A stretch of DNA of 64,000 nucleotides from Microcystaceae cyanobacterium (GTDB lineage Bacteria > Cyanobacteriota > Cyanobacteriia > Cyanobacteriales > Microcystaceae): positions 1-64,000 of the forward strand of contig JBGTGT010000120.1 in the NCBI GenBank assembly GCA_041746575.1. The letters are read 5' to 3'. Numbering within the stretch: position 1 is the first letter of the stretch; every line of letters starts with the position of its first letter. Positions 32,664 through 42,663 of this stretch are shown piece after piece. The translations under genes were made by a program, and so were the position numbers. The notes beneath the pieces are model-generated. The model worked only from the letters and a program-made list of their open reading frames with translations. It ran no database searches and was not told the DNA's origin.

Positions 32664-33022
32664 CGTCCGGCACCATACACTTCTTGATCATAGGCTTCAA
32701 TGGCTTCCATGTCATAAGGATCGGGCGATCGCTCATAAGTTCTCTTTGTCAGAAAACGCTTTAAGGGAGATGAGGATTTTTCGGCTGATTTTTCGACGGT
32801 TGGCTGGGTTATCTCCTCCTTTTGTCTTTTAGGCGAAGGCAATTCCCCTTCGGATTGAACAGGTAAAGCAGAATCCTCAAAAGGGGACAAGTGAGTTTGC
32901 GCTCTGGTGGGAAAAGAAAACAATAACAGCAAGCAAAAGACAGTTAAAGTAATTTTTATTAGTTTTCTCAAAAAGCCTTGAACCCTCTTATTTTGGAGAA
33001 TTGCTAAAACTTGAATATTCAT
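32660..33022 (-). CDS. Hypothetical exported protein
   Basis: Hydrophobic signal-like segment ending TRAQ; C-terminal PDPYDMEAIEAYDQEVYG; stop overlaps the oxidase stop; start uncertain (up to 33073). Confidence 0.65.
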   Translation of the reverse strand: MNIQVLAILQNKRVQGFLRKLIKITLTVFCLLLLFSFPTRAQTHLSPFEDSALPVQSEGELPSPKRQKEEITQPTVEKSAEKSSSPLKRFLTKRTYERSPDPYDMEAIEAYDQEVYGAGR

Positions 33023-33181
33023 GAGATTTAAAATCACGAGGCTAAATAATTTTATTTTACCCATCCTGAACACCGAAAAAAGACATAATATTTTCTTAAG
33101 ATTTTTCAGCTTCGCCTCGGTAGATTATCTTTTATCCTAAAAGCATTATGATAAGTAAGTTGTTGACAGATTGAGCAAAAA

Positions 33182-34138
33182 ATGACGGATTCTCGCCCTC
33201 CTTTTAACGAATCTGAGTCCCCCTCTCCGACCCCACCTCCATCTCGCGATAGATTAGATGGGGAGGAATGGATTGCCATTGGCATAACGTTCATCACGTT
33301 GGGGAGTATTTTCCTTTGGATCTTAAATAGTCAAGATAATCAGGTTTTTGTGAGAAACCGATGGATTAATCTGTTTCCCTCCGCCACTGTGTCGCCTCAA
33401 TCACCCCTTAATCAAGCTGATTCCTCTCCTGAGGCGGCTTTAATTCCTCAAGAAACGCTTTCTGCCGAAAAAGACAATATTCCTGAAGCGATTTCCCCGC
33501 TACCTCGCTCTTCACCGGTTGTGGTTGCGCCTGTGCCGGTTACATCGTCTCAATCCATCCCTGAGCATTGGTCTCAACCTTTTGCTCAACAATTACTTGA
33601 AAAAGGCTATTTAGAAGCGGAAATCACAAGAAACTGGCAACCCAATCGAGAAATCACCAGAGCCGAGCTTGCTTCTCAAATTGCCGAAGTGTTTGATGCT
33701 CGTGAAGCGACTCAAGCGGCCAAAAATTTTCCCGACTTACCCTCAGAAGAATCGTCTCAACAAAAGATTAATCGCGCTGTTGAATTAGGGTTTATGGAAG
33801 GGTATGCAGAAGGGACGTTTCGTCCAGAGCAAAAAATTACCCGACTAGAAGTATTAGTCGCTCTTGCAACGGGTTTAAAGCTGACGCCTCCCAACCCAGA
33901 CAAGGCAACCGAAATCGTTAAAATCTATCAAGATTACCAAGCCCTCCCCCCTTGGGCTGTCGCTAAAATTGCGGCCGCCACCCAATCCCATTTAGTTGTT
34001 GGCTATCCCGACAAAACCCGTTTAAACCCCCTTAAACCCGTTACCCAAGCAGAAGCGATCGCGCTATTACATCAAGCGTTAGTGGTGTCAGGTCAACTGC
34101 CTGAAGTGGATTCTCCTTATATTGTCCATGCCGAATAA
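33182..34138 (+). CDS. Membrane-anchored S-layer homology (SLH) domain protein
   Basis: One TM, Pro/Ser linker, three SLH repeats (PNREITRAE, GFMEGY..GTFRPEQKITR, VGYPD...LNP). Confidence 0.9.
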   Translation: MTDSRPPFNESESPSPTPPPSRDRLDGEEWIAIGITFITLGSIFLWILNSQDNQVFVRNRWINLFPSATVSPQSPLNQADSSPEAALIPQETLSAEKDNIPEAISPLPRSSPVVVAPVPVTSSQSIPEHWSQPFAQQLLEKGYLEAEITRNWQPNREITRAELASQIAEVFDAREATQAAKNFPDLPSEESSQQKINRAVELGFMEGYAEGTFRPEQKITRLEVLVALATGLKLTPPNPDKATEIVKIYQDYQALPPWAVAKIAAATQSHLVVGYPDKTRLNPLKPVTQAEAIALLHQALVVSGQLPEVDSPYIVHAE

Positions 34139-34151
34139 GGGGATGTCAACG

Positions 34152-35246
34152 TTAAGCTTTAACGCTATCAATTGCTGCTTTAATCAGCGTTGAATCGACA
34201 TCATCGGTTATAAATACTTTCCCAATGCTCTGCGGTAAAATAAACCGCACTTTACCCCCTTTTACTTTCTTGTCATAGTGTAATAATTCGAGAATTCGAT
34301 CAGTTTCTATTGTTGAGGGGATTGCGGTTAGTAGCCCTGTTCTTTGAATAAGGTTAAATTGACGTTCTTCTGCTTCTTGTGTCCACAATCCCATCAAAGT
34401 GGCCAATTTTCCGACGGCAATCATGCCTAAACCAACTGCCTCTCCGTGATTGATTTCGCTATATCCTGTCAAACTTTCAATGGCATGACCAATTGTGTGA
34501 CCATAGTTCAAAATTGCTCTTAATCCTGCTTCTTTCTCATCCTGACTCACGACGTCTACCTTTGCTTGACAAGAGCGAGTAATCAGATTATCTAGCAAGG
34601 AATCGGGAATAGCACTCAATTGATCTAAACTTACCGCTTTTTCTAGTTCTGTAAACAGCATTTTGTCCCAAATTACGCCATATTTAATGACTTCTGCCAT
34701 GCCTGCCCGAAATTCTCGCAGGGGTAAAGTTTTGAGAACCACCGGATCAATATAAACCAGCTTCGGTTGATAAAACGCCCCAATCAAGTTTTTTCCTTGA
34801 GGATGATTAACCCCTGTTTTACCGCCAATCGACGCATCCACCATCGCCAGTAGAGAGGTAGGAATTTGGATAAAATGAATGCCCCTCAACCATGTGGCCG
34901 CCGCAAACCCTGTCATATCGCCGATCACTCCTCCGCCTAACGCTATCATCGTTGAACTTCGTTCGAGGCGGTTTTTTAGGGCAGTGTCATATATCTCTGC
35001 AATCGTACCTAGGGTTTTATAACGCTCTCCTGACGGAATCAAGTGATGGCTCACCTCAAAACCCGCTTTTGTGAGAGAGTGGCTGATAATATCGCCGTAA
35101 ACCCTAAAAATTTCTGGATTAGAAACGATTAAGATTTTTTTGCCTAAGCTCAAAAGATTGACATAATTAGAAATTTGTGGTAAAGAATCCGCTAAAATCT
35201 GGATAGAGTAGGCCGTTTGGGGAAGAGAAACGAGAAGGGTAGTCAT
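34152..35246 (-). CDS. aroB: 3-dehydroquinate synthase
   Basis: [39 protein letters not shown] at 35246 preferred. Confidence 0.97.
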   Translation of the reverse strand: MTTLLVSLPQTAYSIQILADSLPQISNYVNLLSLGKKILIVSNPEIFRVYGDIISHSLTKAGFEVSHHLIPSGERYKTLGTIAEIYDTALKNRLERSSTMIALGGGVIGDMTGFAAATWLRGIHFIQIPTSLLAMVDASIGGKTGVNHPQGKNLIGAFYQPKLVYIDPVVLKTLPLREFRAGMAEVIKYGVIWDKMLFTELEKAVSLDQLSAIPDSLLDNLITRSCQAKVDVVSQDEKEAGLRAILNYGHTIGHAIESLTGYSEINHGEAVGLGMIAVGKLATLMGLWTQEAEERQFNLIQRTGLLTAIPSTIETDRILELLHYDKKVKGGKVRFILPQSIGKVFITDDVDSTLIKAAIDSVKA

Positions 35247-35330
35247 AATCCACAGAAAACAATTAACGAAGCAGTCGCCCCAAGAGTACAATAACAAACT
35301 ATATCGTGCTATTTGGAGTTAGGTTTAACC

Positions 35331-35432
35331 ATGTCAATTTTTGCAGTTGCCGCCTTTATGGGTTATTTAATCGCTTTTACGGTCATTGCGCTCGGACTTT
35401 TCTTTGCTTTTCGTTCTATTAAGCTAATTTAG
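35331..35432 (+). CDS. petL: Cytochrome b6f subunit 6 (PetL); not in the ORF track
   Basis: 33 aa MSIFAVAAFMGYLIAFTVIALGLFFAFRSIKLI: one TM with the PetL-type RSIKLI end; GGAG upstream; divergent from aroB. Confidence 0.88.
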   Translation: MSIFAVAAFMGYLIAFTVIALGLFFAFRSIKLI

Positions 35433-35595
35433 TGTTTGGGTGTTAGGGGTTAGGGAAGGGTTTACATCGTTTATTACTCAATTGATGACAATCCACTTTA
35501 GACGATCCTTCTCCCTCGCCCCTTCTGGCAACATACCCTTGAAAGCGTTATGCTCATAGACATTACACCCCAAACTGTTTATTGATCCTACAGCA

Positions 35596-36813
35596 ATGGA
35601 TACCCGTGAATCTGTCAAGATGGCTCTATCGTCCATCAACACACAAAAACTCCGCAGTCTCCTCACCATGTTGGGAATTGCCATCGGTAACGCTTCAGTC
35701 ATTGCGATGGTTGCTGTCGGTCAAGGGGCGCAAGAATTAGCCAAAAAACAATTTGAATCTCTCGGAGCAGATATTTTATTTGTTACTTTAAGCTCCAGCC
35801 GCGTTAGACGCACTCTTTCTTCTAATGCTAAACCCTTGCTTCTGGAAGATGCCAAAGCGATCGCGACACAAGTCCGAAGCGTCGCAGAAATCTCGCCCGA
35901 ACGTCATAGCGATCAACTCTTGACCTATCGAGATCAGAATTTAAATGTGCAAGTCGTGGGAACAACGCCAGAATACCTGAGTGTTCGTAACTATAGCATG
36001 GCTGAAGGTCGCTTTTTCAATGAAATTGACCTAAAACGGAATCATCGCGTGGTAATCTTGGGGGCAGAAATTGCTACTCGTCTATTTGGCCGGCAAAATC
36101 CCGTCGGTCAATCCCTGCGCATCCGTAACAGCAATTTTACGATTATTGGAGTTACACAGTCAAAAGGTGTATTATTTGGAGAAAATCAAGATAATAATGT
36201 AATTGTTCCCTTAACGACGCTTAGTTCCTATCTGACTCGCTGGAAATCGCCTTATGGGACGCCGATTAGTTTGATTGCCCTAACGGCAACTGATCCCCGT
36301 CAACTTCGTTCGGTGCAGTTTCAGGTGAAAAATTTGATGCGATTACGTCATCCGGTTACGACGGAAGATGATCTCAACGTCTATGCCCAACAGTTAGTTT
36401 TAGATAAAGTAAAAGAAACAGAGGCCGGTTTAACCCGAATGTTAGCAGCGATCGCCAGTATTTCCCTCTTAGTAGGCGGCATTGGGGTGATGAATATTAT
36501 GTTGGTTTCTGTCACGGAGAGAACGCAGGAAATTGGTTTAAGAAAAGCGATCGGCGCAAGAGAGGAGGATATTCTCGTTCAATTTCTCATTGAAGCCATT
36601 TTACTGGCCACCTTAGGGGGATTTTTGGGCATTGGTGCGGGAGTTGGCGGAATTAAAATAGCAAGTCACTTAACCGAATTAGCCGCTAAAATTTCCCCTA
36701 CGTCGATTGTGGTGGCTATTGGCGTGTCAAGCGGGATTGGTTTATGTTTTGGTGTAATTCCCGCAAAAAGAGCCGCTCAGTTGGATCCGATTGTGGCGCT
36801 ACGTCGCTCTTAA
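35596..36813 (+). CDS. MacB/FtsX-type ABC transporter permease
   Basis: LRSLLTMLGIAIG, GGIGVMNIMLVSVTERTQEIGLRKAIGA, PAKRAAQLDPI. Confidence 0.93.
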   Translation: MDTRESVKMALSSINTQKLRSLLTMLGIAIGNASVIAMVAVGQGAQELAKKQFESLGADILFVTLSSSRVRRTLSSNAKPLLLEDAKAIATQVRSVAEISPERHSDQLLTYRDQNLNVQVVGTTPEYLSVRNYSMAEGRFFNEIDLKRNHRVVILGAEIATRLFGRQNPVGQSLRIRNSNFTIIGVTQSKGVLFGENQDNNVIVPLTTLSSYLTRWKSPYGTPISLIALTATDPRQLRSVQFQVKNLMRLRHPVTTEDDLNVYAQQLVLDKVKETEAGLTRMLAAIASISLLVGGIGVMNIMLVSVTERTQEIGLRKAIGAREEDILVQFLIEAILLATLGGFLGIGAGVGGIKIASHLTELAAKISPTSIVVAIGVSSGIGLCFGVIPAKRAAQLDPIVALRRS

Positions 36814-37012
36814 GCAAGAGAGAGGAAAAGCTACGGATTACCGTACTTAAACGCTGAGTAAATGTTACAAATTAAAAAGGTTCAATCTTCTTTCCTATCT
36901 CACAAGTGTGAACCCACTGAGAAATTCAACGTCTCATTGATTTAGCTCAATCCTTTTGATAGATAGGCTTTTAGCTGTTACCCTTCCTGAGAAGGATTTC
37001 CGCTTTTCGCCA

Positions 37013-37042
37013 TTGACAAAGCCAAGTTGTTTATTTTAAGTT
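37013..37042 (+). promoter_or_regulatory. Putative sigma70-type promoter of the sucrose-phosphate synthase gene
   Basis: TTGACA (37013-37018), 18-nt spacer, TAAGTT (37037-37042); implies a ~150-nt 5' UTR. Confidence 0.5.
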
Positions 37043-37198
37043 AATAATGAACTCACTTAAGTTACCTTTTTGGTGATCTCGTATACTGTAAGTTAGGCTC
37101 ATGTGAGTCTATGATCAGCCCAAGTGAGCATCGTCTTTGACCTGTAATCAGGATTAACCTCACATCTATTAAGTCAAATCAGTCAAAGGAGAAAACCA

Positions 37199-38467
37199 AT
37201 GGCACCCCAGAAGCGTATCGCCCTTATCTCCGTTCATGGAGACCCTGCTATCGAGATTGGGAAAGAAGAAGCCGGTGGTCAAAATGTATATGTTCGACAG
37301 GTTGGGGAAGCCTTAGCCCATCAAGGATGGCAAGTAGATATGTTTACCCGCAAAACCAGTCAAGAGCAAGCGACTATCGTCAACCATCTTTCCAATTGTC
37401 GAACGATTCGCCTAACGGCTGGGCCTGAAGACTTTGTACCGAGAGACGAAATATTTGACTATCTGCCTGAATTTGTGCAATCGCTACGTCAATTTCAGCA
37501 AGATCAAGGCATTAAGTATCATCTGGTTCATACCAACTACTGGTTATCGGCTTGGGTGGGCATGGAATTAAAGAAATATCAACCCATTCAACAGATTCAC
37601 ACCTACCACTCCCTAGGCGTCATTAAATATCAATCCGTGACCGATATCCCCCCCATTGCCAATACTCGCTTAGCAGTAGAAAAAGAGTGTTTAGAAACGG
37701 CGGAAACGATTGTTGCCACTAGCCCCCAAGAAAAAGACCACATGAGACAGTTTATGTCCGATCAAGGCAATATTAAAGTGATTCCGTGTGGAACAGATAT
37801 TGAGCGTTTTGGAGCCTATTCTAGCGCAAAAGCTCGCTTAAAATTGGGCATTCCTAAATCCAGCTTAATGGTTCTCTACGTCGGACGCTTTGACGAACGG
37901 AAAGGGATTGAAACTCTCGTCAGAGGCTTAGGAAAATCCATTTTCCCCGGTTTAGCAGATATTCGCCTTGTGATCGTCGGTGGTTGGCGAGACGGACAAA
38001 AAGACGGTCAAGAAAAAGCCCGCATTGAAGGCATTACTCAAGAATTAGGCTTAGAAAACTATGTCACTTTTGCCGGACAGAAAAGCCACGAAGAATTGCC
38101 CTTATATTATGCGGCCGCAAATGTATGTGTCGTACCGAGTCATTATGAACCTTTTGGTTTAGTGGCGATTGAAGCCATGGCTAGTGCAACCCCCGTCATT
38201 GCTTCCAATGTGGGGGGTTTAAAATATACGGTTATTCCCGAAAAAACAGGATTACTTTGCCCTCCGAAAGATGAGGACGCTTTTACTGAAGCGATTGACC
38301 GCATTCTTAAAGATAGTGCATGGCAAGCGGAATTGGGTAAAGCGGCCCGTCATCGTGTTGAAGACCACTTTAGCTGGTACGGGGTAGCCCGTCAACTGAG
38401 TGAATTATATAGTGGCTTAGAGAGCAAAGACGCAGCAAAACCCGAACCAATGGTTCTTACTGCCTAA
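37199..38467 (+). CDS. GT4 glycosyltransferase, probable sucrose-phosphate synthase (Anabaena SpsA/SpsB type, GT domain only)
   Basis: ISVHGDP..EIG.EEAGGQNVYV, HTNYWLS, HTYHSLG, GRF..RKG, YEPFGLVAIEAMA; AAGGAG RBS. Confidence 0.8.
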   Translation: MAPQKRIALISVHGDPAIEIGKEEAGGQNVYVRQVGEALAHQGWQVDMFTRKTSQEQATIVNHLSNCRTIRLTAGPEDFVPRDEIFDYLPEFVQSLRQFQQDQGIKYHLVHTNYWLSAWVGMELKKYQPIQQIHTYHSLGVIKYQSVTDIPPIANTRLAVEKECLETAETIVATSPQEKDHMRQFMSDQGNIKVIPCGTDIERFGAYSSAKARLKLGIPKSSLMVLYVGRFDERKGIETLVRGLGKSIFPGLADIRLVIVGGWRDGQKDGQEKARIEGITQELGLENYVTFAGQKSHEELPLYYAAANVCVVPSHYEPFGLVAIEAMASATPVIASNVGGLKYTVIPEKTGLLCPPKDEDAFTEAIDRILKDSAWQAELGKAARHRVEDHFSWYGVARQLSELYSGLESKDAAKPEPMVLTA

Positions 38468-38492
38468 AAAACCTTTCTATCTTTCGTATTTG

Positions 38493-38519
38493 GGGCTACT
38501 TCAACCATAGCCCTTTTTT
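38493..38519 (+). terminator. Terminator after the GT4/sps gene
   Basis: GGGCTA/TAGCCC stem followed by T6. Confidence 0.7.
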
Positions 38520-38645
38520 ATCTTCTTGAATTCACGATTTTGTTGAGCAAACAGGATACAATATTTCTAAGAAAATGTAGGCGCTCTATCTTCTAGACCT
38601 TGCCGAATTTTTGCTCATTGATTCAAGCCTCATGGGAACACGAAC

Positions 38646-39980
38646 ATGGAGTTTCTACCGACCGATATCTCTCCTCAGTTTTTTGATAACCTTGCGGATG
38701 ACTACGGCTTATCCCAAGCCGAGTTAGAGGTTTTTTCCTTAGTTTTACAAGTAGAATCTCCCAGTGCTATTGCTGATACGCTTTCCCTAACCAATACGGT
38801 GGTGCGAAAACGCTTGAGTAACGTCTATAGTAAAGTCGGCATTGAAGGCCAAGGTCCGGTTAAGTTCGCTAAATTGCAAAAGCGGCTTATTTCAGATTAT
38901 AGTAGGCGATTTGATAAGATATCAGAGACTAACGGCTCAACTCAGCCCCCAAATGCCCTTTCGCCCTCTTCTTCTCAACCGAATTCGATTGATTGGAATA
39001 CTGCCCCCGACGTTTCTCGCTTCACCGGACGAACGCAAGAACTGAGTTTACTTAATTATTGGATGATTGAACAGCAATGTCGCTTAGTCGGTATTTTTGG
39101 GCTACAGGGCATCGGCAAGACAACTTTAACCATGAAGATTGCGCAACAAGTCCAAGAACAGTTTGAGTATATTGTTTGGCGTTCTTTGGTGCAAGTTCCC
39201 CCTCCTCATCTTTTATTTAGTCAATTAATTGAGTTTTTTTATCAACAACAAAATTTAACCTACCAACCCGGTAAACGCAATCTCAATGAGCAAATTATCT
39301 GGTTAACTTCCTATCTGCGATCGCATCGTTGTCTGATTATTTTAGATGGGTTTGATGTTTTATTCAAGAAAGAAGCTTTAGCAGGAACATATCGCAAAGG
39401 CTACGAAGCTTATGGTCAATTTCTTTGGCGTTTTGCCCATGAATCCTCTAAAAGTTGTTGTTTAGTTACTTCTCGTGAGAAAAGTCGAGAATTATCGGTA
39501 TTAGAAGAAACGGACGGAAAAGTCCACTCCTTATCCCTTAAAGGCTTGGATGATGGGGCTTACTCTCTCTTAGAAAATAAATCCCTTTTTAAGCAAGAAT
39601 CATGGCATGAATTTATTAATATTTATCAAGGGAATCCTTTGATGTTAAAATTAGCCGCCATGACGATACAAGAAGTTTTCGAGGGAAATGTGGCGGATTT
39701 TTTGGCAACCACTCGATTAACTGAAGAAATTACCACCTTAATTACCGATATTCTCACCCGTTTATCCTCTTTAGAGTATCGCATTATTACTGTGATGGGA
39801 CGTGAAGAAGAAAGTACCCCTATTCGACACCTTCAACGACATTTATCCGGCGTAGCGGCGAAAGATACCTTACAAGGAATTCAATCGCTCAAAATGCGTT
39901 CTTTGATCGAAAATACCACAGAAGGTTTTCGTTTGATGCCTTTAGTAAAAGAAGTGATTCAAGCTAAGTTGACGGAATAA
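38646..39980 (+). CDS. HTH (LuxR-like) plus NB-ARC/STAND NTPase, no C-terminal repeat domain
   Basis: N-terminal LSQAELEVF...IADTL...VRKRLSNVYSK; DW..APDVS.F.GR; Walker A GLQGIGKT; Walker B CLIILD; TSRE; GNPL. Confidence 0.88.
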   Translation: MEFLPTDISPQFFDNLADDYGLSQAELEVFSLVLQVESPSAIADTLSLTNTVVRKRLSNVYSKVGIEGQGPVKFAKLQKRLISDYSRRFDKISETNGSTQPPNALSPSSSQPNSIDWNTAPDVSRFTGRTQELSLLNYWMIEQQCRLVGIFGLQGIGKTTLTMKIAQQVQEQFEYIVWRSLVQVPPPHLLFSQLIEFFYQQQNLTYQPGKRNLNEQIIWLTSYLRSHRCLIILDGFDVLFKKEALAGTYRKGYEAYGQFLWRFAHESSKSCCLVTSREKSRELSVLEETDGKVHSLSLKGLDDGAYSLLENKSLFKQESWHEFINIYQGNPLMLKLAAMTIQEVFEGNVADFLATTRLTEEITTLITDILTRLSSLEYRIITVMGREEESTPIRHLQRHLSGVAAKDTLQGIQSLKMRSLIENTTEGFRLMPLVKEVIQAKLTE

Positions 39981-40000
39981 ATGAGCAATTTTAGCTGACA

Positions 40001-40525
40001 TTAAAGCAAATCAAATTGAGATGAATAATAGACATTTCCCTGACATCGAGTCAAGATTCCAGTCGTTAATTCTTTGACCATAAAAGCTTCTTCTGGGACA
40101 GAATAAGGCAATCCAAGGTTAGACTGAAGAGCAGTTTTAAAGCCAAATCGTTGATAAAAATCGGGATAACCTAAAACGACGATTAAATCCTGTTGCTGTT
40201 GTTCACAGTCTTTTAATCCCTGAGAGACTAAGGCAGAACCAATCCCTTGTTTTTGATAAAGCGGTAAAACGCCCAGAGGAGCCAGTCCCAGACTTTTTAG
40301 ACCATCGGGAGATGACGCTATCCTAACAGGACTAAAGAGAATATGACCGATAATGGTATCCTCAATGATTGCTACTAAAGCGCAAAAAATTTCGTTATTT
40401 TTTCGTAAATGATTGACTAATTCTGCTTCACTATTTCGCCGAAAAATTTGACAATAAAGCTGGTAAACTCCTTCATAATCTTGTGAATTTTCAGATCGAA
40501 TATGATACAATTGATTGTGAATCAT
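40001..40525 (-). CDS. GNAT N-acetyltransferase (YhbS-like)
   Basis: GHILFS, LAPLGV.P.YQKQGIG, VLGYPDFYQRFGF. Confidence 0.92.
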   Translation of the reverse strand: MIHNQLYHIRSENSQDYEGVYQLYCQIFRRNSEAELVNHLRKNNEIFCALVAIIEDTIIGHILFSPVRIASSPDGLKSLGLAPLGVLPLYQKQGIGSALVSQGLKDCEQQQQDLIVVLGYPDFYQRFGFKTALQSNLGLPYSVPEEAFMVKELTTGILTRCQGNVYYSSQFDLL

Positions 40526-40595
40526 TGTTCAAAGTTTTAGAATTAGAGAAGCTTTATGATAATATAATTTTAGCATTTATAATTGATTATTTGTT

Positions 40596-41429
40596 ATGTC
40601 TTTTCAATTTGAATCACCAGGGCCGATTATTTTTCAATTAGGGCCAATTGCCGTTCGTTGGTATGGTTTATTAATTGCTTCTGCGGTTTTAATCGGTGTA
40701 AATTTGTCCCAATATTTAGCAAAAAAGCGACAGGTAAACCCCGATTTGATGGGCGATTTAGTAATTTGGTTGATTCTGGGTGCAATTCCCTGCGCTCGAT
40801 TATATTATGTTCTTTTTCAATGGCAAGAATATGTAAACCGTCCGGCGGATATTGTTGCGATTTGGAAGGGGGGAATTGCCATTCATGGAGCCATTATTGG
40901 CGGCACAATTGCAACTCTTCTTTTTGCAAAATATCACAAGATTTCAGTCTGGCAATTGATAGATTTAGTGGTTCCTTCTTTGGCGTTAGGACAAGCTATC
41001 GGCCGCTGGGGAAATTTCTTCAATTCAGAAGCATTTGGTCGTCCGACTGATTTAGCATGGAAGCTGTATATTCCTATCGAAAATCGCCCTTTAGGGTATC
41101 AAACTGCTGAATATTTTCACCCTACCTTTTTGTATGAATCTATTTGGAATGTTGGGGTATTTATTCTCTTAATTTATCTCTTTTTTTGGGGGCTAAAGCA
41201 TCCTCATAAATTTAAAGTAGGGACTTTATCCTGTGTTTATTTAATGGCTTATAGCTTGGGACGTTTCTGGATTGAAGGGTTGAGAATGGATAGTTTGATG
41301 TTAGGCTCCCTAAGAGTAGCGCAGGTGATTAGCTTAGGGTTAATCGGTCTAGGAATATACGGATTAGTCTGGTTATATTATTATCAACGTTCTCTACCTG
41401 ATATCAAGGTAGATAGGACGACTTCTTGA
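40596..41429 (+). CDS. lgt: Prolipoprotein diacylglyceryl transferase
   Basis: [32 protein letters not shown]. Confidence 0.97.
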   Translation: MSFQFESPGPIIFQLGPIAVRWYGLLIASAVLIGVNLSQYLAKKRQVNPDLMGDLVIWLILGAIPCARLYYVLFQWQEYVNRPADIVAIWKGGIAIHGAIIGGTIATLLFAKYHKISVWQLIDLVVPSLALGQAIGRWGNFFNSEAFGRPTDLAWKLYIPIENRPLGYQTAEYFHPTFLYESIWNVGVFILLIYLFFWGLKHPHKFKVGTLSCVYLMAYSLGRFWIEGLRMDSLMLGSLRVAQVISLGLIGLGIYGLVWLYYYQRSLPDIKVDRTTS

Positions 41430-41491
41430 TAGAATTGAGGGTCAATCTATCCGTTTAATCTGATTTGACGGTTTTTACTTCTCATCCATCA

Positions 41492-42490
41492 CTAACTCTT
41501 CAGCTTTAAGCGTTGCTTTCGCCATTGAATCCCTTTCCTAACCATTAGCAATAAAGCAAACCCACTTGAGCTAAAAAGCGAATTAGAGTCTGGGATTTCT
41601 GCGATAATATCAACGGATTCAACAATATCTACTTCTGCATCTAATGCTGTTAGGGTTTGTGGATCTCCCCGTAGCTGAAGCTGAATGGCGCCAACCTGTG
41701 TAAAATCTACTCCGCCACTAAAGAGGGATTTGTTACCTGTTGCGGCGGTAAATTCCGCTAAGTCATAAAAGAAATTAACCCTTTCATCGAGAATAAGGTT
41801 CGGGAAGGTGAAGGAGGCGGTGGAAAAACCCCCGTTAATATCCCAAATATTGATAATAACGGCTTCAGATTGGTCTGCACTGGCAAATAAGACGGATATG
41901 GCATCTAACTTGTCGTTTTGGGTGATATCAATTCCTCCTAATCCATTAGTATCCACTGTAGATGAATTATCGTTGCCGTCCCAAGTGACTTCTAATCGGG
42001 AAGAGACGTTTGTGTCGTTATTGTAAAAAAGGGTTTGTGAAACACTCGGTTCTATGACGGCTGAAGCCGCTCTTCGGTTCGTTGTTCCAATGGCATTTGT
42101 CAAAAATATATCTCGATAACCCCCAACAACCGTACTGAAATTACCTTGTTGTGAAAAATCGGAAGGAGGCATCGGGTTAAGCCCTGTCACCTGCACAAAT
42201 TGGTCGGCACCCGTTACTTCGGAAAAGGTGTCAATCGTAAAGGGGTTTGCTGCCGTTGGTTGTAAAGCCGAAGAAATGGGGTTTCTTGCCTTGGACAGAC
42301 GAATGCTTTGATCTTGAGCAGAAAAAGGATTAGCAAGAGGCGTTTCGTAGGTAAAGGGTAAGGAATCGCCAGAAGAGAGATAGGAGTATGTAAACGATAG
42401 GGCTGTTCGGGCGGTATGAGCAGCAGTCACGCCCAAAAGTCCGATGAGGGAAGTATTGAGGGTAAATTTTAGGGCGGATCTGTTAAACAT
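41492..42490 (-). CDS. Exported protein with a degenerate PEP-CTERM-like sorting signal
   Basis: N-terminal signal peptide; Ser/Thr/Asn-rich body; C-terminus EIPDSNS + hydrophobic stretch + basic tail RKGIQWRKQR. Confidence 0.7.
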   Translation of the reverse strand: MFNRSALKFTLNTSLIGLLGVTAAHTARTALSFTYSYLSSGDSLPFTYETPLANPFSAQDQSIRLSKARNPISSALQPTAANPFTIDTFSEVTGADQFVQVTGLNPMPPSDFSQQGNFSTVVGGYRDIFLTNAIGTTNRRAASAVIEPSVSQTLFYNNDTNVSSRLEVTWDGNDNSSTVDTNGLGGIDITQNDKLDAISVLFASADQSEAVIINIWDINGGFSTASFTFPNLILDERVNFFYDLAEFTAATGNKSLFSGGVDFTQVGAIQLQLRGDPQTLTALDAEVDIVESVDIIAEIPDSNSLFSSSGFALLLMVRKGIQWRKQRLKLKS

Positions 42491-42663
42491 TGTTACTTTA
42501 AATAAAGTTATATTTAAAACTGTTCGACAGTTTAACAGAATATTCCTAATTTGGCAAGAGAAAAAACAGAATTATCTACGTTAAATAGAAATGTATGAGG
42601 AAAGAATCGTTAATAAACGCAATACATCCTCTTCTTTCCCCTAAATTGAGACATAATCAGCAA

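Noticed and set aside
37052..37198. c-di-AMP (ydaO) riboswitch upstream of the osmolyte gene
   Set aside because: The G-rich conserved ydaO elements are not visible; kept only as an unclassified structured leader
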